DNA from: Diplonema japonicum
Taxonomy: Eukaryota > Protista > Euglenozoa: Diplonemea
Length of the DNA stretch: 64,000 nucleotides
Direction of reading: 5' to 3'
Assembly (NCBI GenBank): GCA_964019335.1
Contig: OZ025662.1
Location: 186,001-250,000, forward strand
Under the pieces are notes generated by a model that saw only the letters and a program-made list of their open reading frames with translations, did no database searches and was not told the origin of the DNA. A program made the position numbers and the translations under genes. Positions 23,301 through 34,900 of this stretch are shown here, piece by piece; positions within the stretch are counted from its first letter, which is position 1, and each line of letters starts with the position of its first letter.

Positions 23301-25387
23301 CTCGTTGCGAACAGCAGGACCTACATTGGTAAGAACAGAAAGAAGGAAGTGGTAGAAGAGGAAAACGCGAGACATCAGTACGCAAGCAAATCCCTCACAA
23401 AGTACGAGCAGTACGCCTCGCTCCTGGAGGGCGAAACAGGGGAAAACATGGAAGCACAGTATGAAGCGTACATCAAGAGACCCGAACAGCTGCAAGAAGA
23501 GCTGTCAAGCATCGAGGCGGAGGCCCTTCAAAGCGGCGAGTACTTCCCCGAGCAGGACACAGGTCCGGTGGTGTGCGCAATTGGTGAGAAGTTTGAACCT
23601 TTTTTGGAAGCAAAAATTCATGAAAGCAAGGTCGAGAGCTGTCTGTACTCCATTGTCGCAGTGCTGAGAGAGGGCTTCGTGTTAGAACCAAGGATCCGAC
23701 ACGTGAGGACGCCAACCGCAATGCACATGAGTGCGAAAAGGAAGGGCGCAAGCGAAGTGGCGCAGACAAGACCGCAAGTGTTTGAGAAATCCTTCCTCGC
23801 AAGGCAGGCGATCGACTTTGTCTTGGGAAACTTGACGGCGCTGAAGATGAACGCATTGAAGCTAACCTTTTGTGCAAACCCAAGAGAGACAGCAGCAGGC
23901 TTCTTGGACTTGCTGCAACAGGGGGGCGTGATCCACCATGTCATACAAGATGCGCCTATGAAGTTCGAGGACAACTTCCACATCTTCAGGTTCATGGAGG
24001 ACGAGGAACTCCGTGTGCTCAACGTGTTCAAGAAGCCGCAGCAAACGGTCAATGTGCACCCCGTGGAGCTTTCACAGCTGCTGCTGCGTAAGGCGTTGTC
24101 AGTGTACAAGACCTTCATTGAGGTCAGCGACCACGAAATCGTTCACTTGTATATCAAGTCCCCGAAGTTTATGGAGTTCTCGGACCTGTCATGCGACCTG
24201 CAGTACGTGAACCTGTCGCTGCTGACCACCGACCAGCAGAAAATAGCTTTCTGGGTGAACATCTACAACGTGCTCGAGATCCACGCACAGTTCACAATCG
24301 GCGGCTCCTTCCACCTACACGAGAGTGTGTACCTCTGCACGTCGTGCTACCTTGTGGGGGGGTTCGTTGTGTCGCTTGATATCATCCAAAACGGGATTTT
24401 AAGAGTATGTGACAAGAAGAGAAAAAAAAAAAAGAAATGTTTCCACAGGGCAACAGACGAGCTCCTGTTGGACCTGTTGTAGAAGGGAAAGTGGCGCACC
24501 GCTTGTTCCGCCCGTTCAAGGCGGACGACCCCCGCAAGACACTGGCGGTGAAGGAGAGCGACAGCAGGGTGCACTTTGTGCTGCTGCGACTGACTTCCGA
24601 CGACCTCCCCAACTTCGTGGCTGAGGAGGACCAGGCAAAGCCCTTCCAAAACCCGAAAGAGACTGTCATCACGTCTACGCACCAAGGGCCGTACAGGCTG
24701 GCGCAGAGCGGGATCACGCACTCTGATTCAATGGCATCGTTGCCCAGCGGGCACTCGTCGCCTGCTAACTCGGTATGTTTCTTTTGACAGCTTTGCGACA
24801 ACACGGCCACAGAACCCCCGTGCCCCTTCACCTAAGGACCACCAGCGGAGTTTCCTTTCGAGAAGCAAGCAGAAACATGGCCAGTTCAGCGACCCGCAAG
24901 CACACACCCAGGAAGAGTATGTCACAGTGAACAAGAAAAAAGTCACCCCACCTCACAGGCAAGACGAGAGCAGCTCCGATGAAGAACCCGTTCTTGAACA
25001 GAAGAGCAAGCCCGTGTCCTTCTTGGAGGTCATCCTGGGTGCGTCGAAGAAGACAGTGCAGAAGCCGCCTATCAACATAGTCCTGGATGCGGACACGGTA
25101 TGCTTGGATTTCTTTTGAAAATAATTTTTTTCATCAAGGTGTACAGTCAGCTGAAGGATATCGCTGCTAAGTCGCTTCAGTGGGGCTTGCAGATCACAGT
25201 GGAGCAAGAGCCGCGCACCTTGTACCTGCCTGATGTGTTCTTCAGGTTCTGGGAGGACTTCGGCGTGACGCGAAGCGAAAAGGTGCGTCACCTGTTCCTT
25301 CTCCTGTCCGGCTCTGTGAAGCGCAAACTCGTAAGATTCACACAACAAGATTTCACCTTGAAAGTTGGCAAGTCAAGCGGTGAATAG
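20397..25387 (+). CDS. FIG4: SAC-domain polyphosphoinositide phosphatase FIG4 with C-terminal DEP and DUF547 domains; exons 20397-24404, 24449-24772, 24813-25097, 25139-25387
   Basis: 'ARRSRYFAGTRYLKRG', 'SFVQVRGSIP', catalytic 'RTNCVDCLDRTN'; three GT-AG introns (44, 40, 41 nt) restore one frame through 'GILR|GNRR' and 'LYLPDVFFRFWEDFG'. Confidence 0.88.
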
Positions 25388-25656
25388 AAGAACGGAAAGG
25401 GGAAAAAGAAAAAAAAAAAAAAAAAACAAAGCTTTCCACCCATGCCCTTCAACTGCTTTTCTCTATCTAGATGTGCATGTTGTTCTGTGACAGTGGCACC
25501 GTGTTTTATAATCTCCGTTCGAAGGAAGGGGTGGGCACATACTGGGGTGGGGGAGATTCTTTTTTGTTTAGGGAGGAAAGTTACGTTGTGCTGCATACTT
25601 TTTCTTTTTTTTTGCTTTTCGTGCACCTCTTCTCTTCTCACAGATTTCTACAAAAC

Positions 25657-26325
25657 ATGAGCATCCCAACGGTGAACACCGACATTTTCGCCAAGTGTGC
25701 GAAGCTCATCGAAGAGTCCAACAAAAGCAAGGACGTGTGGACGCAGGTACTTTGATTTTACCCCCCCCCCCCCCTCCCCCCTCAGCACACACAGCTTCGC
25801 AAGGAGATCCAAACCACAAAAGAAAGCAACGGGGCTGGCGGTGATACCTCCAAGTACATCCAGAAGATTAGAAAGCTTGAAGAGTGTAATGAAGATCTTG
25901 AAAAGAAGGTTTCCGAACTAGAAAGCGAGTTGGCCAAGAAAGAAAGGCATGGAGGCGGCCTGCAGAAAGAGAGGGAGAAGCTAGAGAGAGACAAACAGAA
26001 CATGCAAAAAGATGCGAAAGCGCTGAAGGAATACAACATGAACTTGGAGAAGGCCAAGGCAACCCTCGAGAAGAGGGAGGACGAGATCCGCAAACGGGAG
26101 AGAGAGATGACGGATACTATGGAATTCTTCCAAACACAACTAGCACCAACTGAGAAAAAGCAGCGCCCTACAGAAAGGATGCCATCTGTCTGTGAACCTT
26201 CCTGTCGCCCCGACACCTTCGGCAGGAGGACCAAGCGTAGCAGAGCACGCATCTCAGTCGTCCGCTCAGATGATGAGGACGACAGGCCCTTCACAAGGCG
26301 CAAGCTCGACGACGAAAGTGACTAG
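25657..26325 (+). CDS. Hypothetical coiled-coil protein; exons 25657-25746, 25795-26325
   Basis: ATG after acceptor-like 'ctcacag'; 48-nt GT..CACAG intron joins 'WTQ|LRKE' in frame; E/K-rich heptads. Confidence 0.72.
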
Positions 26326-26444
26326 ACTTCCCACCTTTAAATAGATATTTTTACTTTCCTCCCACCATAGATGCCCTAGATAAACCACCTGTTATATTTG
26401 CTACGGTCTCTGGTCGCATCCTTTAGCTTTACAAACGCAGGAAG

Positions 26445-27920
26445 ATGCTACGGTACGTTGCGTTAGCGCTGCTGGCGGTCAGCGAGGGGTGCGCTGCGAA
26501 GGTGCGCATGGAGCAGGCTAGCGAAGGATACCCTGCCTTCACGGAGAAGTACTACAGCCAAATGCTGGACCACTTCAGGTTTGGCGGGAGGAGCAACGAG
26601 CCTAACCCTCGCTGGCAGCAGAGGTACCTGATCAACGACGAGCAGTGGACCGGAAAGGGTCAGCTCAAGAACGGATGCAAGGGGCCCATCCTCTTCTACT
26701 CCGGTAATGAGGGACCCATTGAGGCCTTCTGGAACTCAGCGGGCATGGTTGTGAACGACTTGCCAAAGAAGTGGGGCGCACTTGTTGTCTTCGGCGAGCA
26801 CCGCTACTACGGGAAGTCTCAGCCGTTCGGGTCCGCCTCTATGGACAAGGACAATGTCATGTACCTCACCACAGAGCAGGCCCTCGCAGACTACGCAGAA
26901 CTCATCACCTCCCTCAAGAAGGAGCTGAATGCTGAGAACTGCCCTGTCATCTCTTTCGGAGGTTCATACGGTGCGACTCTCACCACGTTCTTCAGGGTGA
27001 AGTACCCCCACATCATCGCAGGCGGGCTGGCCGCATCGACGCCCCTTGGTTACTACGACCCTGAGGCGTGGCCCTCGCAGGGTGTGACACCCTACACGTG
27101 GATCGACATCGTGAACAAGGACTACCAGGAAGCAGGATGCCTGACGGATGTCATCTCCGCACGCAAAGCCATCGCGGCGCTTGCTGCGACGTCTGAGGGA
27201 AGGAACCAGCTCAAGACACAGTGGGGGCTCTGCAAGCCTCCCACCTCGAAGGACGAGGCGGTCTTTTTGTTCACCGACATGATCGAGACCTTCCCGCAGA
27301 TGGACTACCCGTACCAGATCGGGCCCACGCCTGCCTGGCCTGTCAACGCCACGTGCTCTGCGCTGAAGGCAGGCGGTGGCTCTGACGCACAGTTAATTGC
27401 CACTGTGGGGAAGCTTCTCCTGTGGTACTACGCTCCCTCTTCAGGGTGCATTGCTGACATTGGACAGGGAGGTGTGCCTGGGGGCGGTCCCCCCACCCTG
27501 GGCGGTGCTGCCGCTGACGCGTGGTCCTACGAGTCGTGCACAGAGACGCTGCACGAGTTCTCCGGGAGGGGCGTCCGCGACTTCCAGTTCAACATGACTC
27601 AGGTAAACGACCTGTGCAGGCAGTACTATGGGGTAGAACCGAGGCCCAACTGGTTCCCTGTGCAGTTTGGCGGCTACCAGATCAACACAAACGTGTCGGA
27701 GGTCACGAATGTAATCTTCTCCAACGGGCTGCGCGACCCGTGGCACGGTGGAGGGTTCCTCAAACAGGTGCGCCCCTCGTGCCCTGTCTTCCTCATGCCC
27801 AATGGTGCACACCACGTGGACCTCAGGGCTGCCAACCCCGCTGACACCCCTGACATCACCTCCGTCAGGAACCAGGAGGAGGCCATCATCAAGAAGTGGA
27901 TCGATGACGCTTCGTCTTAG
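26445..27920 (+). CDS. Lysosomal Pro-X carboxypeptidase / DPP7-like serine peptidase (family S28)
   Basis: Signal peptide, 'EHRYYGKS', 'FGGSYG', 'NGLRDPW', 'GAHHVDL'. Confidence 0.92.
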   Translation: MLRYVALALLAVSEGCAAKVRMEQASEGYPAFTEKYYSQMLDHFRFGGRSNEPNPRWQQRYLINDEQWTGKGQLKNGCKGPILFYSGNEGPIEAFWNSAGMVVNDLPKKWGALVVFGEHRYYGKSQPFGSASMDKDNVMYLTTEQALADYAELITSLKKELNAENCPVISFGGSYGATLTTFFRVKYPHIIAGGLAASTPLGYYDPEAWPSQGVTPYTWIDIVNKDYQEAGCLTDVISARKAIAALAATSEGRNQLKTQWGLCKPPTSKDEAVFLFTDMIETFPQMDYPYQIGPTPAWPVNATCSALKAGGGSDAQLIATVGKLLLWYYAPSSGCIADIGQGGVPGGGPPTLGGAAADAWSYESCTETLHEFSGRGVRDFQFNMTQVNDLCRQYYGVEPRPNWFPVQFGGYQINTNVSEVTNVIFSNGLRDPWHGGGFLKQVRPSCPVFLMPNGAHHVDLRAANPADTPDITSVRNQEEAIIKKWIDDASS

Positions 27921-28250
27921 TTACATCCTTCATCCGTTCAAAGCAGACCCAAGTGGACCGACGCACAGTCGTCCTAGTTAAGTAGTGCTTTTTCATTAAC
28001 GTGTCGGGAGTTTTTTCTTTTCTTCTTTTTTTTTTTTTATCTCTTTCCATGCATTGCTTCCCCCACCACTTTTCGGGATAAAAAAAAAAAAAAAAGTGTT
28101 TTTTTTTTTTTCTTCTTTTCTTCTTCTTCTTTTCTTAAACAACAAAAGAGTGAAAGTGTTGTGTTTTTTTTTTCTTTTTTTTTCCCCCTCTTCCATAGTG
28201 TCCGCCTTCAAATCAAGTTCGTTACGCAGGAATAATTTAAACAAAAAAAA

Positions 28251-28547
28251 ATGAAATTTTGGAGCTTGCTTGCATGGGTAGGGAGTCTGGTGCTGCTGCA
28301 TGCGCTTATGTGTGCGATCACACACCATAGCAACAGCAGCACTCCGAATATGATAATAATAATTGAAGCTATTGTAGGTTACGTTGTCGCGACATGCTCC
28401 TACATGCACTCCCAGGGGCATTTCGAATCAATTCACAAGAAAAGCTACACAAAGCAGCGGACGCTTGAATCTTATGCATTCACACCCACCTTTATGACGT
28501 TCAATCACAGAGGAAGGGTATGTGAAAGGGGAGCAACCAGTCTTTAA
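28251..28547 (+). CDS. EMC5: ER membrane complex subunit 5 / MMGT1
   Basis: 98 aa, two TMs, 'LLHA', C-terminal 'PTFMTFNHRGR' typical of the MMGT/EMC5 family. Confidence 0.75.
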   Translation: MKFWSLLAWVGSLVLLHALMCAITHHSNSSTPNMIIIIEAIVGYVVATCSYMHSQGHFESIHKKSYTKQRTLESYAFTPTFMTFNHRGRVCERGATSL

Positions 28548-28928
28548 AAAAAATACAGGCAATGCACGCAGCTGACATGTAATCAGGAGAAAAAATAGGA
28601 GAGGGGGGAGTGGGGTGGGGGAATAAAACTTCCGTAGCATCAGATATGTGGTGTTCTCTTTTCTTTCTTTTTTGTTATTTTTTTTTTCTTTCTTTAGTTT
28701 CGTTGAAAGGAGTATAAAAAGAAGTTTGTGGTGCTTTCTTTTTTTTTTTTAGTTGCGAGTAAGTACGGAGGAGAAGGGAGGTGGGGGGAAAAAAAGAAGA
28801 AAAAAAAGAGGCAGTGTTTAATACTTTTTTTTTCCCCCTTGGAAAAAGTTATGCTTCGCAAGCGTAAGTAAAAACTAAAAACACCAAACAGCGAGGGGTC
28901 ACAGTCCCCCCAAAAAGGAAAAAAAATA

Positions 28929-31900
28929 ATGAGCTTCGCAAGTAAAGAACTAGCGGAGCTAGTGGCGCCTGTGGACGAAGAGCTGCTCTCCTCCGCCAGC
29001 GGGGGCGCAAAAGACAAGCTGAAGAGGAGCTGGCGTGGTTTTTCACGATTGAAGCGTCAAGAAGAGCTACTTGTGAAGGGGTTAGACAACGGTGCAGGCA
29101 GCGAGGGTGGTAAGATGAGCTTAGAAGTGCAGCGCAGGCTGCCGGCCAACTTCGATGTCGCAAGGTCAAAACGTAAAATCACCATCCCAAAAATATTCGA
29201 GTGCTTCTCCGAGAAACGGGAAGACCGGGAGCTTCTCGGCGAAGCACGAGCAGTGCTCTCGAGCAAAGCAGCAAGCTCAGCACCTCCCTCTACACGTGCC
29301 TCCACACGTGCTGCTTCATCCCGACCTGCCTCTGCGGCCCTCGCAGCAGGCAGGATACGTCCTACTTCTGCTGCAAAGTCCCGCCCTGTCTCCGCCAAGT
29401 CTTTCCACACTGTGACCTCGTCTACTGGGTCCGTGGGGCCCTCCACCTCCAACCCAACCACGCAACACAACAAGGAACTGTGGTCAGACGAGGAGGACGA
29501 ATACGTCGAAAAAATCTCCTTAAAACCATGCTCTCCAGCCGGGGCTGAGAAGGCTTCCCCACGTGCACCTCGGAAGTACCCCGTGCCCGGAGCAGCTCTA
29601 ACTCCCGTTGAACGCATTGGAAGCTTCCACTCCCTCACAGCATGGATCCGGACCAAAACAAGGAACCAGGCCATGAAGACCCCAACATCAGCAGCACCAT
29701 CCACACCCCCCATGTCGCCGCAGCAGGTGCGCGGAAAAGGCATCGTGGGCATCGACCCTTCAATGTCGCATTTCTTGGCGTTGGACGACTTCGACGACGA
29801 TGAACTGGAGAACACCTCCCTCCCGGACCTGCTCAGCATCACGCCCGACGGTGTGCCTGCGAGGTCACGGTACTACGAGAACGGTACGTACGTGTGGGAG
29901 CCCTGCAGGGTGGTGCAGTACGAGAGCACTGAGGACGTCTATTTGATAAATTGGGAAAAGGAGAAACCCAGCAAATGGGTGCGCAGGTTGAACCTCATCG
30001 TCGACGACTACGAAACAGAAGAGACATGGGCACAGCGTGTGGAGGCCACCACCGTGCTGCGGGATGCCGCAGAGCGCCGAATGCGCGAGTACCTGTTCAT
30101 CGACGACCTTGATGACAGCCTGGTGGCTAGCATGGACGAGGACCAAATCGACAGGATCCTGGGGATGGTGGCCCCCGAATTCCCTGCCTCCCTCCTGTAC
30201 ATCATTGAGAAAGGCCTCACAGAGATGAAAGTGATGTACACCCATGCGGCAAAGGAGTCCATTTATAGATACAAAATGCTGCACCCCTTGCATCAACAAC
30301 GAGTTGTAGACCTGAACCTCCCAGAGCCCGTGTCCCAGCATGACTCGTTGTCCGTCGACCTCCTCTCCATGAAGGGTGTCATATCCGTCCCTTGCGAGCC
30401 GGGTAAAACGACGAAAGCCAAGTTTCAGAGGAACAGGCGGTACATCGCTGACAATTTGTTCTTCACGCACAGGATCCTATACCACACGCTGTACAAGCTG
30501 GTCGGGAAGTGGGACAGCTTCCAGAGCACACCCCTCTTTGATGCGGACATGAACACGCTGCAGATACCCTGTGAGGTTGAGGTCTTCAAGGCGCACCAAA
30601 GTGCGTATCTCAAGAAGGTCACGGAAAAGCTGAAGAACGACTGGACGGTGTCCGCTGTGAGCATCATCCAGAACGACTTGGTGGGGAGCTTCTCTTTCTA
30701 CGACGACGACATCGAGAAGTACAACCAGGGTAGGATGAAGAAGTTCCTGCGGGTGGTCAACATGATGATGGGACACCAGCTGCGCGAGCTTGTGAGCGAT
30801 GCCGTGACGTTGTACAGCTCCTTTCTCGATAGCTACAAGACACCTCCCGTGTGGGAGGAGGAAGAAGAACTTCAAGATTTCAAATTTGGAGAACCTCAAC
30901 CCAAGTTTTCGGCGAGGTTCCTCGGGCTGGTGGGTGCCAAGGTCCAAAAGCACCGCTACACCGGAGCACCTGAACTGCGAGCCGCACACGTTCCGAAGGA
31001 GGACATCGAGACTATCAACAAGAAGAAGGCAGAACAGCAACGCATGTTACGTATCTCTCTGGGCTACTCACCTGATGACGAGACAGCACCTCAGCCGGGG
31101 TCTTTGGAGTTTATCAGAAGAAAGGCCAGCAGGGCCTCGACCGTCGATGGTACAACCGTGGACACTGTTCCAACGGGCTCTGTGAAACACCGCACTAGCG
31201 AAGCATCCAACACAGGACACCGCACTAGCGAGGCACAGGTCCAAATCAAGGAAGAGGCTGAAGAGGAGATTGAACACCCGACCTCTGCAGCGGTTAGCGG
31301 TAACGTGTCGTTATTTAAGATTCGGCTTACATGCAACCATAAGAGCATTGTGTTCGAACCAAGCCTGGAGGAGATCGAAGAAACCGTGCGGGGGGTGCTG
31401 GACGCCTTCTTTACCGAAACAGACGACATCACGGGTGTTAGTGAGCAGCTCTTCCCACTCCTTTCGTTGGAACCTTTTAGACTGACTGCAAACACTAAGA
31501 GTTTGAGGGAGACAGACGAGACTCTCCTGCAAGCCAAGAAACTGGTTAGCAATGTCCTGGAGAGCAACATCAAGGGGCCCAAGCAGCTGATGGAGCTGTA
31601 CAGTGACTACCAGTACATCCTTGACATCGATATCCATGAGTACCTGCACGACTTCCTCTCTGCGTCGCCCAAGCCCTGCCTCGATGACTATGAGCACCTC
31701 TGCAAGAGGCTGCAGGACGATGTGAACTCGATCGGCAGCAGATCCCTCAACGAAGTCGCCTTCATGCTGATTAAGGTCGAGTGCTACGAAATCAAGGCGC
31801 ACCTGACCTCCAAAGCGAAGGACATCATGAACGGTATCATGGAGCACCTTACGTCGCAGTGCAACAATGACATCATGGGTGTCGACAGGAAGTACAACGA

Positions 31901-34900
31901 AATCTTCGAGGCCATCGCCGTGCAGCCTGAGAGCCCTGAGGAGCTTCAGAAGCTCAAGAAGTACGTGGACAGCGTGTCGAGCATCTTGGAGACGTTACAG
32001 GAGGACTTCGATGATGTCACAGAGACTGTGCAGCTGCTGTCCAAGTTCGGGTACATCCCCGAGCAGAAGAGCTTCGAGACGTACTGGGCCACCTACTCCC
32101 GACCGAGAAAGATCATGGAAGAACTCAACGACTGGGACTTCAAATACAAGGAGAACCGGAACAGGTTCATCCAGCAACTGCGCGACAACACAGAGGCACT
32201 TGTTGATGATGTCAGCAGTATTAAAAAGAAGGTGGAGCTGCTTGCCTACGAGGACGATGAGACACACACGGAGGAGATGTACAGCCTGGTGCACACAATC
32301 CGCGACAAGCTCAACGACTGCAAGGACAGGGCAATGCAGTTCAACGAACACGAGACGATCTTTAGGATGCAGATCACAAAGCACTCACTCATCAAGGAAG
32401 TCACACAGCAGTTCGAGCCATATGAAAAACTGTGGACCATCACACACCAGCTGGCAGAGCATTACGAGAAGTGGACGAACGGCGCGCTGCTTTCCCTGCA
32501 AGCTGATGAGGTGGAGTCTAAAGCGAGCACATGGCTCAGGGATCTCAATAAACTGTACCGCACGCTATCGAACGAAGCGCCTCACATCATCGTGAGGGCG
32601 CTGAAGGACAAACTGGAGCAGTTTAAACCGCACATCCCATTAGTTACAGCACTGCTGGAGAAGGGTATGAAGGCAAGGCACTGGGACCAAATCGGGAAGC
32701 TGGTAGGCAAGGAAGGGAAAAACAAGTTAGCACCCAATGACGAGATCACGCTGAACATCCTTTTGGACTTTGGACTGGACGAGAAGCTGAACGATGTGCA
32801 GATGCTGTCTGAGGCAGCGGCGAAGGAGTGGAGGCTGGAGGAGCAGCTGGAAAAGATGAAAGCAGAATGGAAATGGAAACAGTTCAACCTGAAGCCGTAC
32901 CAGAACACAATGCTGCTAGCCTCTGTGGACGACATCCAGCAGCTCGTGGACGACCACATCATCAAGACACAGACGTTGCTCGGGTCCCTCGACGTGCGCC
33001 ACATCGAAGACGTAGTAAAGAAGTGGGAGCAGAATTTGCTTACGATGTCTGCCGTCATCGAAGAATGGCTGAAATGCCAGAACATGTGGCACTACTTGGA
33101 ACCCATATTCGCGTCTCCTGACATCCAGAAGTACATGTCGTCTGAGGCTATTCAGTTTGAGCGCGTGGACTCGATCTGGAAGGCTATGATGAACGTGTGC
33201 CAGAAGGACCCCAGAGTGGAGATTAGGTGCTCTGAGGAGAGGTTAAGACAGAGCTTTGAGGAATCGAACTACACACTGGAGTACATCCTAAAACAGCTGT
33301 ACAAGTTCTTAGAGACAAAGAGGATTGCTTTCCCGAGGTTCTACTTCCTGTCGAACGAGGACTTGCTGGAGATCCTGTCCGAAACGAAGAACCCTTTCAG
33401 AATACAGAAGCATTTGAAAAAGTGCTACGAAGGCATCTACAACCTCACCTTTTCGGAGTGCTTGGACATCACGCACATTACTTCAGTGGAGGGTGAAGTC
33501 TTGAAGCTGACGGAGAGTGTGAACCCTGCGGAGTACAGCAATCTTGCTGAGAAGTGGCTACTGAAAGTAGAGAACGTCATGCAGGCCACTGTGCTGCATA
33601 ACATCAAGGAAGCGCTGAAAGATTACAAAGTGAGAGATGCACACAACAGTCCTGAGAAGCGACAAGAGTGGATGCTGCAGTGGCCCGGACAGGTAGTCAT
33701 TTGTGTATCGCAAGTGTATTGGTCAAAGGAGGTGGAAGAGTCCATCGACATCGGTCTGTCGGGGTTGTCCCTGTATGTGTCAAAGGGAAGAGCGCAGCTT
33801 GCGGCTCTGGTTGACTGTGTGCGAGGGAAGCTCACTAGGACCGAGCGAAGCACGATGCAAGCCATGATTGTAATCGAGGTGCACGCGACTGACATTGTAG
33901 AAAAGGAGCTGCTGGCAAACAACGTGACAAGCACAGACAGGTTCACATGGCAAGCACAGCTGAGGTACTACTACGAAGAGCAAGGTGAAGGGAGGCACAA
34001 AACAATGGGCATTAGTATCAGGCAAACGAATGCCTGCTTGCCGTATGGGTACGAGTACCTGGGCAATTCAGGAAGGCTTGTGATAACACCTCTCACCGAC
34101 AGGTGCTACAGGACTCTGATCGGCGCACTGCATCTAGCTTATGGTGGTGCACCAGAAGGCCCTGCTGGAACTGGTAAGACTGAAACAACAAAAGACTTGG
34201 CCAAAGCACTCGCACGGTACTGTTTGGTGTACAACTGCAGCGACCAGATTTCACACAACGAAATGGCAAAAATGTTCAGAGGGCTCTCTGCCAGCGGCAC
34301 GTGGGCATGCTTTGACGAATTTAACCGAATTGAAGTGCAGGTGTTGTCTGTCATCGCACAGCAGATCCTCACCATTCAGACGGCTATCGCGCAGGACAGG
34401 ATAGAGTTCGAGTTCGAAGGTGCCCTGAACGCCTTGCAGAGAGGCTGCTCTATCTTCATCACAATGAACCCAGGGTACGCAGGGCGTGCTGAGCTCCCAG
34501 ACAATTTGAAAGCACTCTTCCGCCCCGTGGCAATGATGGTGCCTGACTATGGCATGATCGGGGAGATATCACTGTTTTCGTGCGGGTTCCGTGAAGGGAG
34601 GGATCTGGCTGCAAAGATCGTAGCTACTTACAAGCTCTGTTCCGAGCAACTCAGCAGCAAGCGTCACTACGACTACGGCATGCGTGCAGTTAAAACTGTA
34701 CTGATCGCTTCCGGGCGCCTTCTCGCTAGGAAGGAGGAGTCAGGCCTTACAGAGAAGCAGATCGTGCTGCAGGCCATCCACGACGTGAACTACCCTAAGT
34801 TCCTTCCAGAAGATCTAGAGCTGTTCACACTCATCACAGCCGACTTATTCCCTGGCGTGGATCTCCCAACCATATCTTCTGATCATCTCCTCGGAGGTCT

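Noticed and set aside
24773-24790. Apparent 18-nt ultra-short intron in FIG4 (GTATG...GACAG)
   Set aside because: It leads to a stop 14 codons later; the acceptor at 24812 (40-nt intron) keeps the frame.
31187-31237. Short duplication (HRTSEA x2) in the dynein tail
   Set aside because: Ordinary slippage in a disordered linker.
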